Assembly (NCBI GenBank): GCA_050015075.1
Contig: JBEKCB010000006.1
Span: 32,001 to 96,000, forward strand
DNA length: 64,000 bases
From: Candidatus Brocadiia bacterium
Lineage (GTDB): Bacteria > Planctomycetota > Brocadiia > CAIUPP01
Reading direction: 5' to 3'
The translations under genes and the position numbers were made by a program. A model generated the notes under the pieces. The model worked only from the letters and a program-made list of their open reading frames with translations, made no database searches and was not told the DNA's origin. Shown in pieces: positions 12,972 through 21,663 of this stretch; the stretch's first letter is position 1; each line of letters starts with the position of its first letter.

Positions 12972-13894
12972 ACCGCGCGCGATATTGGATTGCGGCCGCT
13001 GCCGTTGTCGGCGCGCCGGCGGTCCTGTTTCTTTGCCTGAGCGCACGCGCTGCGCCGGCCGCTGGAGAGCCGGCCCGCAAGCCCCCTCAGCGAATCGTCT
13101 CGCTCGCGCCCAGCGTCACGGAGATGCTCTTTGCGCTCGGCCTGGGAGATCGCATCGTCGGCGCGACCGACCATTGCGACTTTCCGCCGGAGGCCAAAAA
13201 AATCCCGCGCGTCGGCGGACTCGGCCGGCCGAATGTCGAGAAGCTGCTTTCGCTCTCCCCGGATATCGTCATCGCGACTGATCTCGAGCGCAAGGACCTC
13301 GCCGAGGCGCTGCGGCGCGCCGGAATCAACGTGCTGGAGTTGAAGATCGGCAATTTCGCCGAACTCTTCGAGGCCGAGCGGAAGATCGGCGATGCCGTCG
13401 GCGAGCCGGAGGCCGCGGCCCGGCAAGTCCGTGAAATGCGGGCTCAGCTCGACGCGGCGGCGAAGCTCTCCGCGGGCGTCCCGCGCGACCGGCTGCCCAA
13501 GGTCTTCATCGAGGTCTGGTCCGATCCGCTCATCACCGCCGGAGGAAGGTCCTTTCTCGACGACGTCATCGCGCGCGCCGGCGGAGTGAATGTCGCGCAC
13601 GATCTCGTGCAGGATTATCCGACGATCAACCCCGAAAAAGTCGTCCAGTGGAACCCGGACGTGATCCTGCTCTGCTACATGACTGAAGCGAAGGACGCCG
13701 CGGCGCAGATCGCCGGCCGGATCGGCTGGGGCGGCATCAAGGCCGTGCGCGAAGGGCGGATCATCGCCGACATCTCGCCGGACGCGCTGCTGCGGCCGGG
13801 GCCGCGCCTCGTCGCCGGAGTGCTGCAGCTCGCCGAGCGGCTGCATCCGCCTCATGCCGCACAGCCCGCGCCGCGAAACCCGCCGGAGAAATGA
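12968..13894 (+). CDS. btuF: Cobalamin ABC transporter substrate-binding protein
   Basis: PQRIVSLAPSVTEMLFALG, EKVVQWNPDVI, RPGPR; GTG overlaps the cobS stop. Confidence 0.9.
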   Translation: MNRARYWIAAAAVVGAPAVLFLCLSARAAPAAGEPARKPPQRIVSLAPSVTEMLFALGLGDRIVGATDHCDFPPEAKKIPRVGGLGRPNVEKLLSLSPDIVIATDLERKDLAEALRRAGINVLELKIGNFAELFEAERKIGDAVGEPEAAARQVREMRAQLDAAAKLSAGVPRDRLPKVFIEVWSDPLITAGGRSFLDDVIARAGGVNVAHDLVQDYPTINPEKVVQWNPDVILLCYMTEAKDAAAQIAGRIGWGGIKAVREGRIIADISPDALLRPGPRLVAGVLQLAERLHPPHAAQPAPRNPPEK

Positions 13895-13901
13895 ACTCGC
13901 C

Positions 13902-14873
13902 ATGAATGCGCGACGCGGTTGGGGCATGTTCGTCATCCTGCTCGCCCTCCTGGCCGGAGCGTGCGCCTTGTCGCTCCTGGCCGGCCCGTCGTGGGTTCCG
14001 CTTTCGGAGATGCCTGAGTCAAACATCGTCCGGATGCGGGTCGCGCGCATCCTGCTGGGCATCATCGCCGGCGCGGGGCTTTCGGTCTCCGGCGTGATCT
14101 TCCAGGCGCTGCTGCGCAATCCGCTGGCGGAGCCTTACGTGCTGGGCGTCTCGTCCGGGGCCGGGCTCGGTGCGGCGGTGGCGATCGTGCTGGGTCTTAG
14201 CGGCACCGGCGTCTGGGGCGTGCCTGCCCTGGCCTTCATCGGCGCCCTGTTCACGATCCTGCTGGTTTACGGCCTCGCACGCACGTCCTCGGGCGCGGTC
14301 CCGGTGCCGACGCTCCTGCTCTCGGGCGTCATCGTCGGCGCGGTCTTGAGCAGCATCCTGATGTTCATCGTGTCCACCTCCGAAGGCGAGAAACTGCACA
14401 ACGTCATGTGGTGGCTCCTCGGAAGCCTGCAGGCGCTGGACTGGCGGCCGCTGGAGATTTCGGCCCCGCCGGTCGCGGCCGGGCTGCTGCTGGCGGTGCT
14501 CCTTTCGCGCGACCTGAACCTGATGACGCTCGGCGAGGAGCCCGCCGCGCACCTGGGACTGAACGTGGAGCAGACGAAGAAGCTGTTCTTCCTGGTGGCA
14601 TCGCTCATGACCGGCGCCACGGTGGCGGCGTGCGGGCTGATCGGCTTCGTCGGGCTGATCGTGCCGCATATCGCGCGGCTGATCATGGGGCCGGACCACC
14701 GGCGGCTGGTGCCGGCCGCGGCGCTGGCCGGGGCGACGTTTCTCGTCCTCGCCGACAGCTTCGCGCGCAGCGTGCTGCCGGTGGAAATCCCCATCGGCGT
14801 AGTCACTGCGTTCCTGGGCGGACCTTTCTTCCTGTTCATCCTGCGGCGCAGGACGTCGCCCTATTGGAGGTAG
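13902..14873 (+). CDS. btuC: Cobalamin/FecCD-family ABC transporter permease
   Basis: QALLRNPLAEPYVLGVSSGA, GLIGFVGLIVPH, EIPIGVVTA. Confidence 0.92.
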   Translation: MNARRGWGMFVILLALLAGACALSLLAGPSWVPLSEMPESNIVRMRVARILLGIIAGAGLSVSGVIFQALLRNPLAEPYVLGVSSGAGLGAAVAIVLGLSGTGVWGVPALAFIGALFTILLVYGLARTSSGAVPVPTLLLSGVIVGAVLSSILMFIVSTSEGEKLHNVMWWLLGSLQALDWRPLEISAPPVAAGLLLAVLLSRDLNLMTLGEEPAAHLGLNVEQTKKLFFLVASLMTGATVAACGLIGFVGLIVPHIARLIMGPDHRRLVPAAALAGATFLVLADSFARSVLPVEIPIGVVTAFLGGPFFLFILRRRTSPYWR

Positions 14874-14875
14874 CC

Positions 14876-15655
14876 GTGCTCTCGGTCAAGAACGTCAGCG
14901 CCGGATACGGCCGGAAGCTCGTGGTGCGCGATGTGACGATGCGCGTGGCCGAAGGCGAGTTCGTCGGGCTGATCGGCCCGAACGGCTCCGGCAAGACCAC
15001 CCTGCTGCGCGTCATCAGCGGCGTGCTGGCGCCGTCCGAGGGCGAGGTGCTGCTCCGCGACGCCCCGCTCCGGACGATCGGCAAGCGGCGGCTGGCGCAG
15101 ATGATGGCCTGCCTGCCGCAGGAGCTGGCCTCGGACCTGGCGTTCACGGTGCGGGAGATCGTGCTGATGGGGCGCTCGCCGCATCTTTCTAGGATCGGCC
15201 GCGAGACGCGGCAGGATTCCGAGGCGGCCGAGAAGGCGATGGCGCTGGCGGACATCGCGGACATCGCGGACCGTTTCATGACCGAGATCAGCGGCGGCGA
15301 GCGCCAGCGCGCGTTCATCGCGATGTGCCTGGCGCAGGAGCCGCAGATCCTGCTGCTCGACGAGCCGACGAGCCACCTGGACGTCGGCCACCAGTTGTCG
15401 CTGCTCGACCTGGTCAAGCGGCTGAACCGCCGGAGCGGAATGACCGTCGTCGCGGTCTTCCATGACCTGAACCTCGCCTCTGAGTACTGCGACCGGCTGC
15501 TGCTGCTCCACCAGGGCCGCGCCGAGGCGCTCGGCTCGCCGCAGGAAGTCCTCACGGCGGAAATCATCCGGCGGGTCTACCAGGCCAAAGTCCTCACCGA
15601 GCCGAACCTCGTCTCCGGCAAACCGCACATCGTCATCTCCGCCGGGACAGACTAA
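14876..15655 (+). CDS. btuD: Cobalamin/iron-chelate ABC transporter ATPase
   Basis: GPNGSGKTT, ISGGERQR, LLLDEPTSHLD, HDLNLA. Confidence 0.92.
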   Translation: MLSVKNVSAGYGRKLVVRDVTMRVAEGEFVGLIGPNGSGKTTLLRVISGVLAPSEGEVLLRDAPLRTIGKRRLAQMMACLPQELASDLAFTVREIVLMGRSPHLSRIGRETRQDSEAAEKAMALADIADIADRFMTEISGGERQRAFIAMCLAQEPQILLLDEPTSHLDVGHQLSLLDLVKRLNRRSGMTVVAVFHDLNLASEYCDRLLLLHQGRAEALGSPQEVLTAEIIRRVYQAKVLTEPNLVSGKPHIVISAGTD

Positions 15656-15965
15656 AGTTGCTTTCATGCCCCGGAATTATTACAAGGCGTTTCAAACACG
15701 GCTGACCAAATCGGTCCTGCGATAAACCGCTCAGAATCGTCGTTTCCGTCAGGAATATCCCCACCTACTCAATTACCCGTGTTGAATTCTCTCAACATAG
15801 GGGATTCTCCTATGTTCGTCTAGGTTTTTCCTCTATTCGGCGTCAATCAGGGTCCGTTTGGTGTAGGGGCAGCGCAACACTCCCTCATTCCGCATTAAGA
15901 CCACGATCTGCGAGATAGCACCGTGTTTATAGGCCAACACTATGGTTGTGGTGAAGGCAGCAGTC

Positions 15966-15982
15966 TCGGCATAGCATTTGCT
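15966..15982 (+). promoter_or_regulatory. Putative sigma54 (-24/-12) promoter
   Basis: TCGGCATAGCATTTGCT = GG-N10-GC with TTGC; about 105 nt upstream of the PEP-CTERM gene. Confidence 0.55.
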
Positions 15983-16086
15983 GAACCAAAATTGAGCAGA
16001 TTGGCCAATCCTTACCGCCAAGGATATGGCAACATCTTGTGCGCACTGAACTTGCGCCTATTCTTTGGAAAGGGAGGATTTTGCCG

Positions 16087-16749
16087 ATGCGCAGATTATG
16101 TCTCACGCTTTCGGTTGCAGCTCTCCTCAGCCTCATTGGCCGGTCGTCGTTCGCAACAAGCATCTTCGTCGAGAGCGATGCATCAACCCTTTGTGCCGCG
16201 GTGTCCTCCGGGGTGCCGACAACCGCGGAGCTTACGAAACTCAACGGCGGAAACACGGCCGGCCTGACGTTCCACACGGTCTTTCCAGGCGCGCAAGGGA
16301 CGTTCACGCCTGTGCCGCCTGGCGCTCCGGCCGGCACTGAAGTCGTCAGCATCCCTCTCATCGTGTCGAGCGTGAGCCCGAGCGGTTTCTTCGAAGTTAC
16401 CTTTGACCTGCCGAGCGTGTTCGAGGACGTTCAACTGACAGGCGTCGCCAACGCCGACGACAAAGGCCGGGCCTTCTTGAACGGCCACGCCATTTCCCCC
16501 GCGTTGTCCGCCACCGGTCACATTGACGAATTCGATAACGTTGGTTTCTCGACCTCCGACGCCTCTTACTTCGAGCCGGGTGAAAACGTCCTGCTCATCG
16601 CCGACGACAACACAGGCGGCCCAAGTGGTGTAGCTTTTTATGCCGACATCACCTACAACACGGTTCCTGAGCCGGCGACGATGACGCTGTTCGGGCTGGG
16701 ACTTGCCGGGCTGATCGGCCGCCGGATACGCCGGAGCAGCGGCAGGTAA
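16087..16749 (+). CDS. PEP-CTERM exosortase-sorted surface protein
   Basis: Signal peptide; C-terminal VPEPATMTLFGLGLAGLIGRRIRR; GGAGG RBS. Confidence 0.92.
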   Translation: MRRLCLTLSVAALLSLIGRSSFATSIFVESDASTLCAAVSSGVPTTAELTKLNGGNTAGLTFHTVFPGAQGTFTPVPPGAPAGTEVVSIPLIVSSVSPSGFFEVTFDLPSVFEDVQLTGVANADDKGRAFLNGHAISPALSATGHIDEFDNVGFSTSDASYFEPGENVLLIADDNTGGPSGVAFYADITYNTVPEPATMTLFGLGLAGLIGRRIRRSSGR

Positions 16750-16781
16750 GCGACCTTCGTTCTTTCGATGTGCGCCTTCTC

Positions 16782-16824
16782 GCGCCGCGCGATGTTCCAC
16801 AGGAATATCGCGCGGCGCTTTTTT
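16782..16824 (+). terminator. Rho-independent terminator
   Basis: GCGCCGCGCGATGTTCC-ACA-GGAATATCGCGCGGCGC followed by T6. Confidence 0.85.
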
Positions 16825-17071
16825 GTCGGCGAGTATTCCGGGTAAATAATACATCTCTTGTCAACCTTGCAAAGGTTTGTATGAACCTTCGCAAGTTTTT
16901 CCATTTTGTGCCATCCTGAAGGCTGCCGCCCGTCGAGAGTCTCTCTTCGAGCCTGAGCCTCGGAGCCGCAGCGCCGAAGTTGCGGGCGAAATCCCTTCTC
17001 AGTTACAATGATGGGCGATGCGGCCTCAAGTCCCTTTGGCCGAATCCGGCCTCGTTCCAGGAGACCACGGT

Positions 17072-18031
17072 TTGGAGCTGTTCGGCGACTTTTCGCGCGT
17101 GCTGTTGAGCATCCTCTTCGAGGCGCTCCCTTTCGTGCTCCTGGGATCCCTGGTCAGCGGGGTCATGGAGGTCTTCCTTCCGTCGGAAGTGCTGACGCGG
17201 ATCCTGCCGAAGAACCGCTTCCTGGCCACGCTCAGCGGCGCGCTGGCCGGGCTGGCGCTGCCGATGTGCGAGTGCGGCGTGATCCCGGTGATGCGCCGGC
17301 TGATCCGCAAAGGCACGCCGCTCAATGTCGCCCTGGCTTACATGCTCGCCGCGCCGGTGGTCAATCCGATCGTCATCCTCAGCACGATGGTCGCTTTTCG
17401 CTCGATGCGGCCGCTGACCGTGACGGGATTGCGCATGGGCATGGGCCTGGTCATCGCCATGATCACCAGCGGCGTCGTGACGATGTTCGCGGGAACGAAG
17501 GCGCACACGATCGAACTGAAGGCGCCGGCGGCCGCGCGGCCGTCGTGGCGGCAAGGATCGCGCGAGGCGCTCGGTCACGCGGGCCGGGACTTCATCGAGA
17601 TCGGCGCGTTCCTGGCGATCGGCGCGGCGATTTCCGCGGCGCTGAACGTCCTCGTCGAGCGCAAGATCGTCGTCCAGTTCGCCGGTCAGAACGTCATGGC
17701 GACGGTGACGATGATGGCCATGGCGCTCGTCCTGAACCTGTGCAGCGAGGCGGACGCGTTCGTGGCGTGGAGCTTCCGCGATTTCTCGATCTCCAGCCGG
17801 CTGGCGTTCCTGGTCCTCGGGCCGATACTCGACATGAAGCTCATCGCCATGTACACGCGCGTCTTCCGCCGGCGGACGATCCTGATCCTGTGCGCGTGCA
17901 GCGTGGCGCTGGTCTTCACGGCGACCATGCTGCTCAGCAACCTCTGGCCCGAACTCGCCAAGCCGAGCCCGCTGACGGACGCCGCCCGGCAGGCGCAACA
18001 GCAGCAGCCGGCGCAGAGGTTGCAGCCATGA
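17072..18031 (+). CDS. Predicted permease (DUF318/YcgR-like); start uncertain (17018 or 17072)
   Basis: EALPFVLLG, PMCECGVIP, APVVNP, LCSEADAF, GPILDMK. Confidence 0.85.
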   Translation: MELFGDFSRVLLSILFEALPFVLLGSLVSGVMEVFLPSEVLTRILPKNRFLATLSGALAGLALPMCECGVIPVMRRLIRKGTPLNVALAYMLAAPVVNPIVILSTMVAFRSMRPLTVTGLRMGMGLVIAMITSGVVTMFAGTKAHTIELKAPAAARPSWRQGSREALGHAGRDFIEIGAFLAIGAAISAALNVLVERKIVVQFAGQNVMATVTMMAMALVLNLCSEADAFVAWSFRDFSISSRLAFLVLGPILDMKLIAMYTRVFRRRTILILCACSVALVFTATMLLSNLWPELAKPSPLTDAARQAQQQQPAQRLQP

Positions 18032-18978
18032 ACCACCATACGATCCATCGCGTCGTCGGCGCCGGCCGCGTGGCGGTCATTCTCGTCTGGGCGGTCTTCC
18101 TCGCATTCGCCTGGTATACGACGAAATACCCGCACGCGGGAAAACCCGGCCGGCTGGGGATCATCAATCCCTCGTACCGCTGGCTGAGCCTGGCGTCGGC
18201 GGCGACGTTGATCCTCGTCAGCGCCGCCCTGCTGCCGGCGCGGCGGGACGAGCATGAGCATCACCCCGGCGGCGGCTCCGACCGCGAAGGCGACCACGAT
18301 CACGAAGAGCACGAAGCCGCTTCGCCCGGCGAGCTGGTCTTCCAGGCGCTGTTCCTCGCCCCGATTGTCCTTTCCTTGTGCAGCACCGGCAGCGGGCTCA
18401 GCGGCGCCAGCCTCTCGCGGCGCGGAGTCCATGAGATCCAGTTGCCGCAACAGACTCAAATCCGCTCCGCGGCGCCGACCGCGCGCGCGCCGGCGGTCCT
18501 GGCCGAACCGATAAAGCCTGCAGGCGCGGAATCCGAGGAAGTTCAGCCGCCGTTGTCCATGGCGGACCTCTACGAATACCTGCTCACGGGCGCGCCGGCG
18601 CAGTGGGTGGGACGGCCGGTGGACGCGATCGGCCAATACTTCGTGGACGAGCGCTGCAGCGCGAACCAGTTCGTCGTGACCCGCATCGTGGTCACCTGCT
18701 GCCTGGCCGACGCTGAGGTGATCGGTGTGCGCGCCCAGTCGCCAGAGCTGTTCAAGCCAAGCGCCGCAGTGAATTCCTCTCAGAGACCGCAGGCGCCCGG
18801 CAAGCCGCTTGCTCGCGTGGCCAGGCTGGGGCCATGGATCGAAGTGCGCGGCAAGCTGCAGGCGTTGAACGACCGGTTCGGCAACCCGGCGCTCTTCATC
18901 GGTGACGCTACCGTCTCAGAAGTTCCTCCGCCCGACGATATCCTGCTCTACCCGCGCCGCCGCAAAATGCCCTGGTGA
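18028..18978 (+). CDS. TIGR03943/YcgQ-like (DUF1980) membrane protein with His-rich loop
   Basis: IINPSY, His/acidic loop, VTRIVVTCCLADA, WIEVRG; ATGA-coupled to the permease gene. Confidence 0.78.
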   Translation: MNHHTIHRVVGAGRVAVILVWAVFLAFAWYTTKYPHAGKPGRLGIINPSYRWLSLASAATLILVSAALLPARRDEHEHHPGGGSDREGDHDHEEHEAASPGELVFQALFLAPIVLSLCSTGSGLSGASLSRRGVHEIQLPQQTQIRSAAPTARAPAVLAEPIKPAGAESEEVQPPLSMADLYEYLLTGAPAQWVGRPVDAIGQYFVDERCSANQFVVTRIVVTCCLADAEVIGVRAQSPELFKPSAAVNSSQRPQAPGKPLARVARLGPWIEVRGKLQALNDRFGNPALFIGDATVSEVPPPDDILLYPRRRKMPW

Positions 18979-19001
18979 AAGCGGCGGCCGCAGATAGCAC
19001 G

Positions 19002-19994
19002 CTATTCAGCCGGCCGCGCGAAACTCTCCCGAAGCATCAGGGCCGCCCCGAACAGGTAAATCGGCAGCCACGGTATCCAGCTCACCACGTGGCATGCCAG
19101 CGAACGGTCCGCGGGGACCTTGAATGCAGCCAGCAGCCCGACGAACGCCACCTGCGGCAGTCCCAGGCCGGAGAGGCCGATGGGAATCATGCTCGCGACT
19201 TCCACCGCGCACATGATCCAGAGGATGCGGACATACCAAACCTCATTGAGGCCGACGCCCTCCGCGCCTATGGCGATCAGGCAGAACAGAGGGCCGAAGT
19301 TCGCCACGAACATCCGCGCGACGTTGGCCGCGAGCGCGCCCAGCAGGCTCGGCCCGTGCGAGCGATAGGTCTCCAGCGATTCCAGGATTTTTCGCAGCGC
19401 GTCGTGCAGCCGATGCGGCATCAGGCCATGAAGCGACTGCACGTGAAAACGCTTGAGCCGGCCGGTGAGCCCCGTGGCGAGCATCAGCAACAAGATCAGC
19501 GTCGGGAGAGCCCCAATGATGAGCAGCGGCACGATCCAGGCGCGATGCTCCTGCGCGGCCTGCACGTCCAATGCCAGCGCCAGCGCGCCGACGCCGCAGA
19601 TCGCGACGACCTTCAGCGCCGCATTGAGCGACAGCGCCACGAACATCTGCGCGTGCAGCTTGTCCGGCCGCGCCAGCCGGTACCACGCCACCGCGCCGCC
19701 GCCCACCGTGCCCGGCAGGAACAGCGATACGAAGTTGACGACAAGCGTCGTCCTCGCCACGGCCCACCAGCCGCCGCTGAACCCGACGGGCCGGACCAGC
19801 AAGTAGAGCTTGAGCGCGTCGAGCATGATCGCGCAGACGGCGACCGGCACGGCGGCGAGCACCCACAGGTATTCCGCGCCGGCGAGCGCCGACCAGAGCC
19901 GCGAAGGCTTGGCGATGACGACCAGGCCGGCGATCATCGCCAGCACGAGGACCAGGCGCAGCCACCAGCCGACGCGCTGCCATGTCCAGCTCAC
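19002..19994 (-). CDS. Lysylphosphatidylglycerol-synthase TM-domain (flippase-like) membrane protein
   Basis: FVSLFLPGTVGG, MIPIGLSGLGL, many TM helices; coupled to a glycosyltransferase. Confidence 0.8.
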   Translation of the reverse strand: MSWTWQRVGWWLRLVLVLAMIAGLVVIAKPSRLWSALAGAEYLWVLAAVPVAVCAIMLDALKLYLLVRPVGFSGGWWAVARTTLVVNFVSLFLPGTVGGGAVAWYRLARPDKLHAQMFVALSLNAALKVVAICGVGALALALDVQAAQEHRAWIVPLLIIGALPTLILLLMLATGLTGRLKRFHVQSLHGLMPHRLHDALRKILESLETYRSHGPSLLGALAANVARMFVANFGPLFCLIAIGAEGVGLNEVWYVRILWIMCAVEVASMIPIGLSGLGLPQVAFVGLLAAFKVPADRSLACHVVSWIPWLPIYLFGAALMLRESFARPAE

Positions 19995-21115
19995 GAGAGG
20001 TCCTTCTTCAAAGCGATATCGCGCACGAGGCCGACAATGCGGTTGGCCTCGGACGCGCGATCTCGGAACCATGCCTGCACGCCCCGCTCGTAGGATCGCC
20101 AGGCGTCCTCATCCGTCAACAGCATGCGCGCCGCCTCCACGAGCCGCTCGAAGTCCCCGCCGCAGACGATGCCGGCGTTCCGCTCCGCCAGCGAGCCGCC
20201 TGAATCCACAGAGAGAGAGAGAATGGGCATCCCGGCCTGGGCGGATTGGACGAAAGTCTGAGGGAAGACGCCCTCCGAGGAACTCGTCGAGACAAAGATG
20301 CGATGTTGTGCGAAGAGCGCGTTGGCCTCGTCGAAGGGCAGGCCTTCGTAGAGCATAAGATTGTCCGGCGCGCGTCTTCGCAACCGCGCGATGTCCTGGC
20401 TCGGATCGGGCTGGCAGACGAGGGTGAAGGAGTGACCCGGCAGCCGCGCTGCCAGGTCAACGAAAATGTCCGCGTGCTTGCCCACCGCGTCGCGGCCCAC
20501 CCACAGCGCGCCCGCGCGCGGTCCCTCTGCCGCCGGCGGCGGTGGCGGCAACGGCGCGGGAAAGATCACCGCCGCGCGGCCATACGTGCGCCGGAGAACC
20601 TCGGCCTGCTGCGCGGTATCGCAGGAGAGCGCGCGGGCGTGACGCATGGCGAACTCGTGAAAGCGTCGGGCGAGGGGCGACAACGAGCTGTCGGGCTGGC
20701 CCGAGCATTCCTTGTCGCTGGCGCTGCGGCACATGTGCAGATGAGTTCTCCCCGCCGCAAACGCCGCGAAACTCACCAGGCCGTTGACGCCGCTGGCGCT
20801 CTGCGTGATATACAGGTCGTGCCGCCCCGCCAGCAGGCGCCAGACCAGCCGCGCCAGTTGCGCCGCCGTGAAGTGAGGACCCGGCGACATGCGAATCACG
20901 GGGCGTATCGTCATGCCCGGTTCGCGGCGCACCGGCTGGCCGATGTCCGCCACGTAGAGCGTCACCTCGAACCCGCCCGCCTGCGCCAGAAGCCGGGCGA
21001 TCTGGAGCGACTCCAATTCCGCGCCGCCGAACGGAAATCGGCATCCCGGCTCCGTGAGGGAGCACGCGGCCAGTGAGATAATCCCAACGGAGATCGGAGA
21101 ATCAGGGCGCTTCAT
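19991..21115 (-). CDS. Glycosyltransferase family 4
   Basis: FGGAELES, LWVGR...KH, FVSTSSSEGVFPQTFVQS. Confidence 0.85.
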   Translation of the reverse strand: MKRPDSPISVGIISLAACSLTEPGCRFPFGGAELESLQIARLLAQAGGFEVTLYVADIGQPVRREPGMTIRPVIRMSPGPHFTAAQLARLVWRLLAGRHDLYITQSASGVNGLVSFAAFAAGRTHLHMCRSASDKECSGQPDSSLSPLARRFHEFAMRHARALSCDTAQQAEVLRRTYGRAAVIFPAPLPPPPPAAEGPRAGALWVGRDAVGKHADIFVDLAARLPGHSFTLVCQPDPSQDIARLRRRAPDNLMLYEGLPFDEANALFAQHRIFVSTSSSEGVFPQTFVQSAQAGMPILSLSVDSGGSLAERNAGIVCGGDFERLVEAARMLLTDEDAWRSYERGVQAWFRDRASEANRIVGLVRDIALKKDLS

Positions 21116-21245
21116 CTTTCGCAGGCGATCCTCTTCAGGGGCTGAAATTCATGCGTAGCGTAGGTTCCCTGGGAAAAAGAGTCAAGTGGGCGAGGTTCAG
21201 GGCCTCGCGCAAGCGGTTGCGCGCTCTCTTCTGCCGCCCGTTTGT

Positions 21246-21287
21246 CGGCTATATCCTGTCGCAGTATACTGCCGCAGGATATAGCCG
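21246..21287. repeat. 42-bp near-perfect palindrome
   Basis: CGGCTATATCCTG-TC-GCAGTATACTGC-CG-CAGGATATAGCCG. Confidence 0.85.
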
Positions 21288-21580
21288 CCCGCTTTAACGC
21301 GAACGGGCTTGGGGCCGCGAACGTCTTTGGCTTTCTTCGCGCTCACTGTCTCCGCTCGTCCCTCGGCTATGTTCTGTCACGGTATACCTCCGTGGAATAT
21401 GGTCACCCGCTTCCGCGAAAAATGGACTTGGGGCCGCGTACCGCTCCGGCTTTCGCCGATCGGCCACGCCGCATGCGTTTTCCTTATCATTTCTTCAACG
21501 CCTTTCCCCGCCGGCGATCGGGGAGCGGAAGAAATGTCACAGCGGAACCGACGCATTTTACGCCCGCGCCGTTATTGTTC

Positions 21581-21609
21581 TTGACAGTGGGATTCACGGC
21601 GGATAGATT
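21581..21609 (+). promoter_or_regulatory. sigma70 promoter
   Basis: TTGACA-N17-TAGATT; GGAGG RBS before the ATG at 21664. Confidence 0.7.
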
Positions 21610-21663
21610 CCGCTGGTGTGTGTCGCTGGATTCCGAGAATAACCCGCTGCCCACGGAGGTCCT

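Noticed and set aside
17008-18027. N-terminal extension making a 656-aa ORF
   Set aside because: Overlaps the permease in another frame; the real start is the coupled ATG at 18028.
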